Source of the DNA: Azolla caroliniana
Taxonomy: Eukaryota > Plantae > Polypodiophyta
NCBI GenBank assembly: GCA_043228905.1
Contig: JBHGNT010000006.1
Span: 3,348,001 to 3,412,000, forward strand
DNA: 64,000 nt
Direction: 5' to 3'
Shown: one piece after another, positions 1 through 13,051 of the stretch
How positions within the stretch are numbered: position 1 is the stretch's first letter
How the letters are laid out: each line of letters starts with the position of its first letter
Notes under the pieces: model-generated
What the model was told of the DNA's origin: nothing
Databases searched by the model: none
What the model saw: the letters and a program-made list of their open reading frames with translations, nothing else
Program-made: the position numbers and the translations under genes

Positions 1-1963
1 CCATGGAAACAAATGTTGATGTACATATTGCAAAGGTTTTGCCAAAAAACTGGTGGAGATTGGAACTTGGAAGCCCAATATTCAATGGCGTTTTGTGGCA
101 GACAACATTTATATTTTTACAAAATGGCAAAACAATAGACAACCATTCATATGGAAATCGATATTCAATGACCATAGGGGACATATGATTGGAAAGTGTA
201 TATGATGCACATGGACAAAATTAGATGGGGTGACCAACACAACCCATTTATGTCCTCAACGTCAAATCAAAGCACCTTGGTGCTCAAAACTAAAGGGGTG
301 AATCTACACAAATTGTCCTTTTTGTATGTATCTAGTGGACACTGTTAAGCATTGTTTGTAAAGTTGTAATTTTGCGGTGGAAATATGGAAAAGAATCTTA
401 AAACTTTTCTTTTTCGGAAAATTTATGCTTCATTAGTAGAAATACTGCACACATGACGAAATGATTAGGCTAAAAACATTACAATGGATCTAGCCATGAT
501 GACCTATGAAAACCACACATTATTCTTTTAAATAACAAAACTCACTAAGACGAGAAAGAATGACATGAGACACCATATATCTATTGAACGTATAACGTAA
601 TGGGTCATAATGGTTAGTCCACACCACTTCCTATTGTGCCGTCATCCGGTCGAATGTGGTCATGTCCTCCTGCTCCATAATGATAACAATTATCATTCTT
701 TTCTTTCACCTATTTTCCCACTTGCAACTCCTATAATGCCATATGAGATATGATGAACCACGTTGACATAAAGCTATTGATGGACGATATACTCAAGCAA
801 TATATACATGGGGTCGGTATTATGGACAATTGTAGAAGGTTAAGCGATATTATACAAACATGAGGATGTTGCATATGGATGCTCCTTCTATGAGACGTGG
901 ACTAAGGCAAATAACAATTATACTTCTAGATCCACAAATAGAGTTTGGTAAACCTGAAATATGGCAATTAATAAATAACATTACCTTTTGATATATTTGG
1001 ACGCCGATATATTTAAAGGTATTCCAAAATGTGACTAAAAGACTTGCATAGATCATTATTGGAATTCGAATAGAGATTGTGCATAATCTCATAGGTTCTC
1101 TATATAACATAAAAGGTAACACCCAAAGGGCAGAGTTACAAATATTGGAATTTCATGCTATATGGGACAAAGAATATTTTATAGGTGGATATTTGACAAA
1201 CTGAAGTGATTTTACTCTACAACGTAGTATATTTTCCTAGGGAAAAAACAATGTAAGATATTGAAGTCTAAAGGAATCAAGTTTCAACCTTGTTTGAGTG
1301 AAAAACATAATACCATGATGATTCTGCGTGTGGAATGCAACAACCCATTATATATATTGGTACATTTGCATGAACCTTTTAAGCATCTTGTTATTCATGC
1401 CTCTTTTAGAAAAAGTGATTACAACTTGTCGTTCTTTTTGTATATGATGATACTCCTCATCCATCACTCGATTACATGGTTGACAATTTGACATCCACAT
1501 AGACTAGTTTACATAACCTTAATGGATGGGAAACCACGTGCTGTAAAGAGAAAAAGAGTGTAGAGAAATAAAACATAGCGTGAGGGAGACATTTCCTAAG
1601 TCATTGCTCCGCGAAGAATAAGAATGTCAATTTGTGGATGCCTCATGTAACCCTTCTATTTTTTTCACAAAAAACCTCCAAAGTTCTAACATCTGTCTCA
1701 TAAAGGTTTGGTTCCTCAAGTTGATATGCTCGGGGTTTCTCTTCCGTGGCTCACAAAGCTTGATGCAAGCTTATTGCAAAGGGAGCTCTATCATAAGTGA
1801 AGGACTTTGGTGTCGTAAAGGTAGACACAAATGTTGCTACTTAGTATCGTGTGGAGAGAGAGAGAGAGAGTACTAATGTGACAATTTTCATCATTGGAGC
1901 AAGTGGAAATTATTTCCTCAATGGAGTGTTCATCTTGCCTATTGGCAATTCAACATGTTCCAC

Positions 1964-2063
1964 TACCCATGTAGTGTAGTTAGTGGGTGACCATACTCCA
2001 TTGTGACACCCATTGTAAGTAGTGTTTTTCATACGCTTTTATTAATATAATTGTGTGTTTTCA
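1964..2063 (+). repeat. Dispersed ~100-bp repeat ending in a GA/GACA microsatellite tail (probable retroposon 3' end)
   Basis: The sequence gtagttagtgggtgaccatact...cccattgtaagtagtgtttt...attaatataattgtgtgttttca recurs in reverse complement at about 46472-46571. Confidence 0.7.
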
Positions 2064-2088
2064 GATAGAGACAGATAGACAGACAGAG

Positions 2089-2275
2089 CATGTAGCTCAG
2101 TTGGTAAGATTTCCAATGAAGACTAGAAGGCCACATCAACCCTTGCATTCCAACATGTAGCTTAGTTGGTAATGTTTCCATCAAGACGAGAAGGTCATAA
2201 AACCAACCCTTTACATTCCACAATGGCTAGTAGTGTAACGTTTTACCCTAGTGCTTATTAAGACGAGGGAGAGTG
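2089..2275 (+). mobile_element. tRNA-derived SINE-like element with a duplicated head
   Basis: Two tandem heads begin catgtagct(c/t)agttggtaa (A-box-like) and end aaccc...cattcca. Head and tail resemble the minus-strand copy at 42060-42633, and a GA-rich tail follows. Confidence 0.55.
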
Positions 2276-2718
2276 AGAGTAAGGGAGTACCTCTAAGCTA
2301 AGATGATATTCGACGATCATTTGTAGCTTTTCTTATGCCTACAAACCATTTTCCAAAAGTGGCAACAATCTTCGCAAGATTGGCTATTGGATAGCAAAAA
2401 GTAGATACTCTCATGGTGTGCACACAAACGATGTTTATGACGAGTTGATCGAAGACAAAACACGATTGTCGGAGAAGCTCGCACACGTAAATGGCATTTA
2501 TCGAGTGTCATATGCATGGTGGCGATCTTATCTTCCATTCCCTGCGAAAGTGTTTCGCAAATGGAACATGCACCCCGACCCCCTTGTGTATAGTGATTGT
2601 TCGGCGAGGATTCTTCACATGCACATGTATGTATGCATGCATTGATACACCTCCTCCTCAATTAGGTCTCCTATTTCTCCATTTCTCAGGTACATAGCAT
2701 TCACACACACAGTTTCTC

Positions 2719-3010
2719 TCACATACATACATACATATATACATACATGATACATACATACATACAAACATACATACATACATACATACATACATACATA
2801 CATACATACATACATACACGCACTAAATACACACCTAAAATACATACATATATGCACTAAATACATACATACATACATACATACATACATACATACATAC
2901 ATACATACATGCACTAAATACATACCTAAAATACATACATACATACATACATACATACATACATACACTAAATACATACATACATACATACCTAAAATAC
3001 ATACATACAT
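2719..3010. repeat. (TACA)n microsatellite with GCACTAAA/CCTAAAA interruptions
   Basis: Directly visible tetranucleotide array. Confidence 0.95.
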
Positions 3011-3237
3011 GCATGCATGCACAACATACGCACACACGCACGCATGAAGCTTTCCATGGCTACCTACTAAGATTCTCTGCATATCGATGGAGACTGCTTC
3101 GTCAAGAGGAAGTCTCATTCTCAAGGTCTCCTCATCGTCCCATTCATCCTCATCGTTAGCCTTGTCATGGTCCTCGTCCTCATCATCACCCGTAGATAGA
3201 TCCCTTCTGATATCTCTCTGATCATCAAGTCCGTCTC

Positions 3238-6200
3238 ATGATCATGCCTTCTCATCGCTTCAAACAGCTCCAACACGAAGATGGAAATGAGGTCGATCTA
3301 GATGAAGGAGATGGCGTCTCTTCCCCATTGTCTGAACAGAAACATTTGCTGATTGCAGAAAATGAAAGAGCTGCATCCGAGATGGTTTCTCCACTAGAAA
3401 TCTCTGCAAGAAACAGGAGGAATGAAGAATTAATGGAAAGACCGAGAAGAAGAAGACGAAGACGAAGAAGAAGGTTAAAGAAGAAGACAATGAAGACGAC
3501 GTCTTCTATAAGTAGCAGTGTTAGAACTTTACGGCTAAAGAAAGATTCTTCTTCTTTGTTAATTGGAAAGGTGAATTTTAGAGGTACTATATCTACTCCT
3601 ATGCCTTCTTGGAAGCTCTTCAGATATGGCAGATCTTCAGAAGGTTTATTACTTGACAGGGATGAGGATGTGACATCGATGATGAATCAAAAGAAGAATA
3701 AGAACAAGAAGAGGAACGAGTCACCACAAATTCCTTATGATGATGTCCTTCATCATGATTCTGAGCTCCCAGACATGGCTCATGTCTCTGCTCGCAGACT
3801 TGCTTCTGCTCTTTGGCAGGCTCAACCTGCTCCTTTCTTCAGAGAAGAAAACAAACTTAAACTAACGAGGAAAAGAGAACCTTTTTATCATCCACAGATC
3901 CATCCGTCTGATCAACATCAAAATCAAGCATTGCAGCATAGGATTAATTCCAAGGTTTGTTGCTTATTTTCGCTTGGTCAAAAGCTTATTGATTAGATAA
4001 TGTTAAGGGATTATGGAATATGAATATATGAAAATGCCTGATTTTTGGAACATGGATTAATGTGAAAGCTTCATTGAATTAGTGGAGTAAGGGCAGTCAT
4101 CTGAAAACCAGGGAAGAATGTAAAAGCCCATCTAGAGACCATCGATGAACAGAAAAGGTTCACCTACAGACTATGGACGAATGAAAAAGCTTCTCCCAGA
4201 GATCATATATGAATGCAAAAGCTTCATCTAGAGATTACTGATGAATGAAAAAGCCTCATTTAGAGGTTATTGATGAACGGAAAAGCAAGGGCTGGATTGA
4301 AATGCCTCATATAGCTGAGTTGAGACCGTGAATGGAAAAACCTAACCTATTTCAGTTGAGACATAGGATGACTGTCAAAGAAAATACCTCATCTTAGTTG
4401 ATTGGAGACCATAGATAAATCATGAAATGACATACAGTCCTGAGAAGAAAAGCCTCATCTAGTTGAGATTAGGTCTTAGAAAAATAAAAAGAGATCCCTA
4501 ATCTAGTTGAGTTTGAGAAGTCTATTGATGAATGGAAACGTATGACCGAATGAAAAAGCCTCATTTAGCTGGCTTGAGACCAATAGATAAGTTGATAGGT
4601 CTCATCTACCTGAGTTGAGACTAGATGAACGCAAAAAAATACCTGAATGTAAAAGTCTCATCTAGTTGAGTTGTCATCGTAGATGAATGAACAGAAGAAC
4701 CAAATGGAAAAGCCTGATCTAGCCCATGGATGAATGGAAAGAAAAGGTCTCATACACACCCATATTAAAAAGATGAAAATGGAAAGGAAAACCTCATATG
4801 TATCCTTGTTGGGATGATATCAATGGAAATGATGCAATATTGAAAACAAATAAATTATTCTGTTGCCATCATGCATGCATGAGGTTTGAAGTAGATCAGT
4901 GACTATATATTGATTGCCATAGCTAAATAATTGCAGATAGAAGCTTCCAGAAGGAATGCTCCTTCAGCAAATGAACCTGAATCTTCCAATGAACTACTCA
5001 TGATGCTCCATCATATCTGGAGTCTTGAGGAGCAACATAAATCTAATTTATTGTCAATGTCTGGTCTTCGCAGCGAATTGGATCAGTGTCGAAAACAGTT
5101 GCAAAAGCTATTGCAGAGCGAGAAAAACCATCAGATAGAGATGGAGAACCTTGCGCGGAAATTAATGGAGGAACGGTCCATGTGGATGGACCAACAAGAA
5201 GAAAGTATCCATCTTGCCCTTCTATCTGTCAAGGAGGAACTTCATTACGAAAGGAAAGCAAAAAACAGACTTGAACACCTTCATAAACGTACGGAGAGAG
5301 ACTTGTATAATGTCAAGAAAGCACTTGGAAAGGCTCTCTATGATCTTGAGAGGGAGAGGAAAGCACGAGAATTGGTGGAAGATGTGTGTGATGAACTGGC
5401 ACGGGAAGTCAGGGAGGGTAAAGTGAGAGAAGAGGAACTGAGAAGAGAATCAGCCGAGGTTAGGGAAGAAGTAGAAGAAGAGAGGAAAATGCTTCAGATG
5501 GCTGAGGTGTGGAGGGAGGAAAGGGTGCAAATGAAGCTAATGGAAGCCAAGTTGGAGATTGAGCGAAAGAATGAGGTGCTCGATAAGTTAAGGGTGGAAC
5601 TCGACACCTTTCTCAAGGCCAAATGGGCAGTTAGCGTAAAAGATGATGTAAATCATGTTAATGTGGATACTACACAAGCAGTGTACAGCAACCAACGGAG
5701 GGATGACTTTACAGGTGAGAATTCTGTTGCTTCGCTACATAGTTGTGTTCAAACTCCCAAGCTTCATGAACTCGAGGATCCTAATGCTGATGATTCCTCT
5801 GGTGAGGAAGCTGACCGATGTTCTATTCAGACAAGCGATAATGGGGATAACCAACAAACTAATGACACATTGTCTTATTGTAAAGTTGGAGGAAACTGGA
5901 AGAAATTGTCCACAAATTGTAAAGCCTCAAACAAGGAGAAATTGGAACACTGGCCAAACTATAAACTGAGAGGACTAGATCAAACCAGAAATAGGAAACA
6001 GCAGGAAGGCCAACGGCGGAGAGGTTTTCATGATGGCATGGAGGGGTTCAATTGGAGGGTCAATGCTGACATAGGTGAAGTAAGGAGGGAGTCCCAAAGG
6101 TTCACGTCATTAAGTCCAAAAGAAGGGGGAAATGGTGAGCAAGATGAAGAGAGTGGCCAGTTAGAATCATCTGATATGAATGCTGTCTGGCTAAGGCAAA

Positions 6201-6457
6201 TGGTGGAAAGCTCAAGAGGTTTGCCCACTACATTGGCTCCTGGACAAATGCATCATCAAAGACTTTATGGTAAATCTAGTCCAACTCATAATTGGAAAGA
6301 TTTTTGGTCATCCCTACAACCCGGAAGCCCAGTAGAGAGTATGGCGAAAGGCTTGAATGAGATCTCAAATACACCCAGGGATAGTATGCACACAAAGCTC
6401 TTGGAAGCCAAATTGGAGGGTTACCGACATGAAGGATCGAGAGCAAGCAAGGGTTAA
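3238..6457 (+). CDS. BRANCHLESS TRICHOME-like / At5g41620-like coiled-coil protein (~745 aa, 2 exons)
   Basis: Exon 1 is 3238-3954 (AAG|gtttgt) and exon 2 is 4937-6457 (ttgcag|ATA), phase 0. Family motifs present: STPMPSWKL, VSARRLASALW, KARELVEDVCDELA, KMLQMAEVWREERVQMKL and C-terminal KLLEAKLE. Confidence 0.85.
4116..4745. repeat. Degenerate intronic minisatellite, ~32-bp units becoming longer and looser
   Basis: Units such as gaatgcaaaagcttcatctagagattactgat and gaatgaaaaagcctcatttagaggttattgat. Confidence 0.7.
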
Positions 6458-8161
6458 CGGAATCATTTGACCACATGAGGTTTTTGTGCTAGATTTCATT
6501 AATTGTGCCAAGCTGTTTCCATTGCTTTCCATTGATATTCTATAGATCTAGAGGCCTTCGATAGATCTCAGTTTTGGTACCATGAGACGAAAACTTATTC
6601 ATGTAATTAAATTGTGTTATTCTTTTAACTTCTGGACACTTGACACCATCCAATTAGCTTGGGAGTATTCTATTCCCGAAAATTCCACGACCACATTAAC
6701 AACTTGCATCAACAAAGATGTAGCATTTTTTGCTTTTCATCCTTCATTTTTTCTGTGCTTAACATGTGGTTATAGACACAAACACACATCATATGTTACA
6801 CAAATTGGAAATCTTGATCTTGATATTCATATATGCTTTAAGATGACAAAATATATAGTGTGACTCACAAAATTGTAGCTATTCAGTTTGGCATTAAGTA
6901 ATGATGATGAACTATTATGCATTTTGCTTAGACATGTCTTTAAGTGAAGGCCCAGTCCAGTTGAAATTGAAATTATAAATTTACTTTGGAATGTCTTTCA
7001 AATGAATGCTGATGTAAAGTAGTTGGGATAAGGAGATCAAGCTGGAAAACTAATTTTGAAAAGAGATGGAAGGTTATATATTGGCAAGCACAAAGAATCC
7101 CAATGGCATTCTAATTAGGGATGTGCTCCTAGATGTTATATCAATTTATCTCTTTACATATATTACATTTTAATTGGTTTGTTGTCCTATTTGAAGCTTA
7201 GGTTTGATGAGACATTAGACCATTGGAAAAAGAAAATTTGGGACATAACTATCTGTTTGCCCAAGAGGGCTCAAAAACTATAGAATATCAATTGAAAGGA
7301 ATGGAAGGAGGCACAACCACTGGGTTTGAACTCAAGAGGGTGAATGATATTCTTTGATTTCCAACTTTTTGACTTTTAGTTTGTTACCATGTATGTGAAC
7401 ACTTTGTAGTTTCTCACCTGACCAACACAACAATTTGAAGTTGGCAAACAATTATGCCAAAGATTCATCCCATCTTTTTGTATGCACTCAAAACATTTAA
7501 GAAATCCACGACAACATTCACTGCACACTTGTGTTTTTACATTTAGACATATGTATTCATATTCATTATTCAATTATGCCTTTCTTGGTCATCACAAAAT
7601 TTTCCAAGCTTCTTTAAAGGCAAAAATACTACATGTGTTATTGAATGAAACTTTATGTGATTGAAAAATAACCTCTCGATGAGTTTGTGAAAGAAAATTG
7701 TGACAATGTGAATGAAATTTGAACTTAACAAATTTCTACATAATCACGTTTTCAAAAAAATAAATGCACTTATGTAGGTATATGATTGTAAATAATCAAT
7801 TGGACCACCTTCACTACAGGTGTTGTGTACACCAATTTAAAGAATGTTTGTTAAATTTCTCTAGCCATACTCAAGTTTGAGGCCTAGAACTTGTTAAATA
7901 AACTTACTAAACTTGTTAAACTTAAATAAATGAACAACAAATGTTTGTAAGCTAAAAGTTGTGGGTTCAAGTCTTACACAATGAATGTGATTTTTAATGG
8001 ATCTTTTGTGCCTCAAGTGGATGTAAAATCTTTTAAGATATAAGTTAGTATTTGGTGAAAAGTGAAATTATTTCTAGAGTTTAAGATCATGATTGCGAGT
8101 TTAGAAGAGGGGAAGAAGATGTGGTTGGGTCCATCAACCACTTCCTTGAAGGTGCCCTAAC

Positions 8162-8440
8162 TGATGAACGGGTGTTCGGATGGATGCGCGGGAATATGAG
8201 GACCTGCGAGTAGATGTGTACAACAGACGGCATAGATATGCAACAAAGAAGAAAATAGTGGATTGACACACAGATGGAGCTTCAATGGATTTTTTCTCAT
8301 TATTCTGTAACTCTCTCTCTACAAGACTCAAGAAGGATATCATTACAATGTTAGGGTTGAACTTATATACTCAAGCCCTAACTTCAAGACTTGTTCACAC
8401 TAGGATACAAAGTGGAAGGAGTCGGCCTTTTATGCCAACA
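8162..8440 (-). repeat. 3' LTR of Copia A (279 bp)
   Basis: tgatgaac...tatgccaaca matches 30479-30664 plus 31876-31966. Confidence 0.92.
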
Positions 8441-8725
8441 AACTCCCCGGTAAAAGGACTACTCTTTCTACATACATATAATGATAAGGGGTCATCTCCC
8501 CCCTAAACCTAGATTACGATTTTAATCTAAAGTTATAATTACAAGTTAGTCGACATATAACCAAGTCGACAGAGGTAAAGTCGGTGTCTAACATGATCTC
8601 GCTAGTCATCAGGGCTGGTTTGTCTGAATCGGATAGATCTTCGACTTACCTTCTGCTCGTTGCTCGACGCTTTTCGGTTCGATCGCTTGTCGTAGTCCCA
8701 TCCTTGTCCTTAGTGCTCGGAAGCG

Positions 8726-11300
8726 TTATTCTAGGAGTGACTTTGTCAGGCAATCGACGATGTTCACCTCGGTGTCAATCTTCCGGACTTCAAGCTTCTT
8801 CTTGGTTACAAGCTCCCGGATATGATGATACCGCACCTCAATGTGTTTCATATGTGCGTGGAAGACTGGGTTCAGAATTATGTGTATTGCGCTCTGTGAG
8901 TCGTAATAGACCGTCAACGTTGGGTGGTTGATTTGCCTTGCTGCTGAGAAATCGACTGACAATCGATGCAACCAGATTCCTTCCTTAGCTGCTTCTGATG
9001 TTGCTATGTACTCGGCCTTTATGGTAGATAGGGCTGTGCACTCTTACAGTTTTGACCTCCATGATATGGCGCCACCACCATAGGTGAAGATGTAGGTTGA
9101 TGTCGACTTCTGATTATCTGAATTTTCGGCATAGTCGGAGTCGATGTAGCCTTCGACTTCGGTCGAGTTTGTTGTTCTAAAAGTCAGTTGTGCATCTTCG
9201 GTCCCTCTTAGGTACCTGAAGATGTGCTTGACAACATCCCAATGCTTCTGTCTTGGGTTTGACATGTACCGGCTAACCACTCCTACGGCATAGGCAAGAT
9301 TGGATTGGGTCGCCACCATCGTGTACATGATACTTCCTACGGGCGATACGTAGGGTATCTTTCCATTTAGCTCTCTCTCCTTTTCCGTTGAAGTACAGTC
9401 TCAGTCTGATCGTTGGATCGACGTCAGAAGCGGTGTTGGTGCTAGCTTTGCGTTTTGCATGTTGAAACGCTTCAACACTTTGTGAATGTAGTCAGATTGG
9501 GAGAGTCGGAGAGTCTTTGTCTAAGTTCCATTTTGCTTGATCCTCATGCCCAATATGTGTCGAGCTTGTCTGAGTTCCTTCATAATTGTAAATTTGTTGT
9601 GAAGACTCCGCTTTAGCTTTCCACTTTCGGCTTGATTGCTCACTGCAATCAACATGTCGTCGACATATAGGATCAGATAGATCCGAGACTTGTCGACCAA
9701 TTGTCGATTATACATACATGGCTCGGAGTCGGACTGGTTGTTGCCGAGTTGTCAGATGTTGGAGTCGAACTTCTGGTACCACATCTTCGACGCTTGTTTT
9801 AAGCCATATAGGTTTTTCTTCAATCGACATACGAGGTTACTTTCCTCCCCCGTCACCGAGAAGCCTGCCGGTTGGGACATGCAAATGTCCTCTACCAAGT
9901 CTTTGTGTAGGAAAGTTGTCTTGACGTCTAGTTGCTCAAGCTCTAGGTCTTCTATTGCCACGACCCCAAGTAAGAGCCTAAGGTTGGTCATCTTGACTAC
10001 TGTTGAGAATATCTCGTCGTAGTCCACCCCAAGTAGGAGCGGAGCTTTGTATTTCGGCTTTCCTAAGTCGGATACATATTTGTATTTGACAACCTATTTG
10101 CAGGGCAACGACTTTCTTCCGGCTGGTAGTTCGACCAGTTCCCATGTATTGTTTTGATGGATCGAGTCCATCTTAGGTCTCACGACGTGCAACCATGTAT
10201 CGACATCCAGTGCAGCTATAGGTTCTTCGTATGTGCTTGGTTCGCCTGCATCCGTGTAGTTGACGTAGTCGAGGCCGGTTGAGAAAACTTTGTAGGCCTT
10301 CTGACTCGTTCAGATCTCTTGGGTGCCGATATTGTTGATTAAAACTCTTCAGTCGGCTCAATCGGTATTACATGAACCATCTTCAGGAGTCCTGTTGGAT
10401 GACTTGCCCTAGTGATAGGATTTCAACGATGTCACCTCGTCCTCCCCGATTTCGGGATTGAATGACTTGGAGATGGGAGACTTAGCCAATTTGTGTTGGT
10501 TTTTCCCCTTAGTCTTTGTGGGTGTTTCAGTCGAATCGAATTTGTCATTTTCGACTCTACTTTGGTTGACAAATATTGATCTTGTCAATCTTTTAGTCGA
10601 ATCATTTTCGGCTAGTGGTCCTCTTGCCGATTTGGAGTCGACATATGTGTTGTCGTTTGGATTGTGTTCGACTGTTTGTCAAATCTCTGATTCGGCCCGG
10701 TGGGTCAATCTTTCTACGATATTGTTGTCGATATCGAAGGAGACCTTTTTACCAACTATTTCCTGTTGGTTCCTCTAAGAGAGAATAGAGTCTTCATTGA
10801 AGACTACATCACTACTCTGGATCAATTTCCGGTTCTCTGGGTCCCATAGCCTATAGCTGAATTCCCCATCGGTTTCATAACCGAGAAATATGCATTTCGT
10901 TGCATGGGGTGCCAACTTGGTCCTTTTCTCCCTGGGGATGAAGGCATAGGCTTCACATCCGAATATACGGAGCCTGTCATAGGTTGGTTGTTTGCCTGAC
11001 CATAGTGCCTGTGGCATTTCGAGCTTGACTTCATTCGACGGCGATAGATTTATTAGGTAGACTGTCGTCTGCAATGCTTCAACCCAGAACTCCAGGTTTA
11101 GTTCGGCTTGCTAGAGTATTGTCGTCACCCTCTCCTGGATCGTTTGGTTGATCCGTTCTGCCACTCCATTTTGCATTGGGTGTGTATGGAATGGTCTTTT
11201 GATGTGGATCCATTTGTTGGACAGGTATTGTTTGAAGGCTTGGGAGGTGTATTCTCCTTTGCTATCAGATCGGAGTGTCTTCACTCTGTATCCTGACCGA
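8726..11300 (-). pseudogene. Copia A pol remnant (integrase C-terminal part, RT, RNase H), with frameshifts and stops
   Basis: ORF fragments RIFGCEAYA...KCIFLGY, QLDVKTTFLH...LYGLKQA, LYVDDML, GAISWRSK, NPVFHAHMKHIEVRYH. Confidence 0.92.
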
Positions 11301-11989
11301 TGTTGTGAAGAAAACCGTCCCTAGGTGGAAACTGAGTTTAGCATGTGTAAACCGGCCCTTACACGCAAGCACACTTTTTGTTGTATAGTAAGTAGGTAGG
11401 TACAAGTCGGGTGAGGTGAAATCCTAGGTAGCGCGAATTTAATAGGGAGAGAATCGAGTTGTATCTCTGTCCGAAAGGACAAAGAATTAATATGATGTAA
11501 CGGATGATAATGGCCTCCCTCCTTGGGCTATAAAGGAGAGGGAGATGAATGAAGTAAAGGGGGGAGGAAAGATAACGTGTTAGAGAGGACGAAGTGCTGC
11601 CGGACTGGGACTGAGCCCTTCTCCTCTGCCACTCTCCATAGCCATTTTGTGTAGGTCTTTGGGAGGCTGACTCTGCTCCGTGGAACGCCCGTGTGCTTCC
11701 GGCAGAATCTCCATCTCGCTCTTCTGTGTGCAAGTGAACATGCGTCGGTGTTCGCCTTGTCGGCATGTTAGTTGTAACCGTCTTGATATATATATATATT
11801 TATATTCATACGTGTTCATATACTCGGTCTTCTAGTCGTCTCGTTTTGTTGTGTTGTTGGACTGTGATTCCTGTGTGCTCCCGTGTCTACGCGTGTGCAA
11901 GTGCGTCCGTCGCCTTTCTGTTCTCCTCCTTCTCAGCTATTTCTCGGTCCAACACCTTGGTGGTCCCGCCTCATTCTCCACGCACGCGC
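11301..11989 (+). repeat. Gypsy-family LTR B, truncated ~14 bp before its end by insertion of element C
   Basis: Starts tgttgtgaagaaaaccgtcccta, as element G's LTR does. Shares internal blocks (gagaggacgaagtgctg, ggaacgccc, gtgcttccggcag) and the 3' block ggtcccgcc...cacgcacgcgc. Preceded by CCGA. Confidence 0.85.
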
Positions 11990-12198
11990 TGTCGTGAAGA
12001 TTTTCGTCCTCGAGCGGAAACTCGAGCAACGAGAGCCAAAGAGCGATGTGCAACGTTGCACACGTACATAATGTATTTGTAGTAATAATAGGGGAAAAGG
12101 GTATGGTGCTAGAAATGCCCCATAAGATCCCTAAGGTATAAAGGCGATGTGGTCTTATGCGCACATCCACGCGAGAGAGAGAGAGAGGTACTATGCGG

Positions 12199-12980
12199 TG
12201 TCGAGATATTACACAAGTGCGTGTGAAAACGAGGCGGGACCGCGGGGGTCTCGAACCAAAGAGCAAGCGAGGGAGGAGAAAGAGAGAGAACCGGCTACGC
12301 AGGACCGGGGATACGCAGGGACACGGCCCTCAATACGGAGAACGCGACAGACACCGGCACAGACAGATGCGAATGACTAAATACGTATATTAACAAAATG
12401 GCTAGCACGACTACAACCCTCGACGGGGCGCAGGTTGGTTACAACCGAACAGGCCGGCGAACAGATGCCGATGCCTGTTCGCTTCGACGCACAAAGGGGA
12501 AGCAGGTCGGAGGTGCTGCCGGAAGCACTCGGGCGTTCCTCGAAACAGCGCGAGCCTCCTCGGAACCCTGCACAGAAAGCTATGGAGCTCAAGAAGGAGG
12601 GAAAGCAGAGAGAGAAGCGTCCAGAAACGGTCCGACAGCACTTCGTCCTCTCCGCGCGAGATCCCTGCAACAGCTCTTTCCTGCTCCTTATATAGGCCGA
12701 CGAGCAGGCCGTCATGTCAGCTTTATTCCTTGTCCCTTTTGGACAGGGATCCGCTCCGTTCTTCACGCATCCGCGTAGTTACGCCGCCGACTCGTACAGT
12801 TCGCGCGCGTGACCGAAAAGACTGTTCGCGCGGTCTTTGTCTCCACTCGTGTTAGGGCCCGTTCCTGCCGATTATCCTCTTAATTCGACTCTATGTACAA
12901 CTTGGAGCGTGCGCGTGTGAAGAACCGGTTCCCACGCCTCGGTGTGCTGATTCCGCTTAGGGACGGTTTTCTTCACGACA
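12199..12980 (-). repeat. 3' LTR of element G
   Basis: TG...CA ends and near-identical to 18702-19483. The adjacent plus-strand tccgcccccacctaacc at 12981-12997 is the PPT on the minus strand. Confidence 0.97.
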
Positions 12981-13051
12981 TCCGCCCCCACCTAACCGCG
13001 CATCCTCCGGTATGCGCCAGGAGAGTTGGGACGGAGAAAACCGGCCCGTCT

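Noticed and set aside
1-1850. Possible decayed transposase or LINE fragments (also at 33.5-36.9 kb and 45.8-46.4 kb)
   Set aside because: No motif, terminus or TSD could be identified by eye.
2615-3124. MYVCMYVC-type ORFs (also at 37.2, 45.5 and 61.3 kb)
   Set aside because: They are translations of microsatellites.
4116-4290. CRISPR-like periodic array
   Set aside because: The units are degenerate tandem repeats without unique spacers, in a eukaryotic intron with no cas genes.
8161-8200. CTGATGA resembling a hammerhead ribozyme core (retrozyme)
   Set aside because: The C comes from the TSD, the sister LTR reads TTGATGA, and no GAAA with supporting helices is seen.
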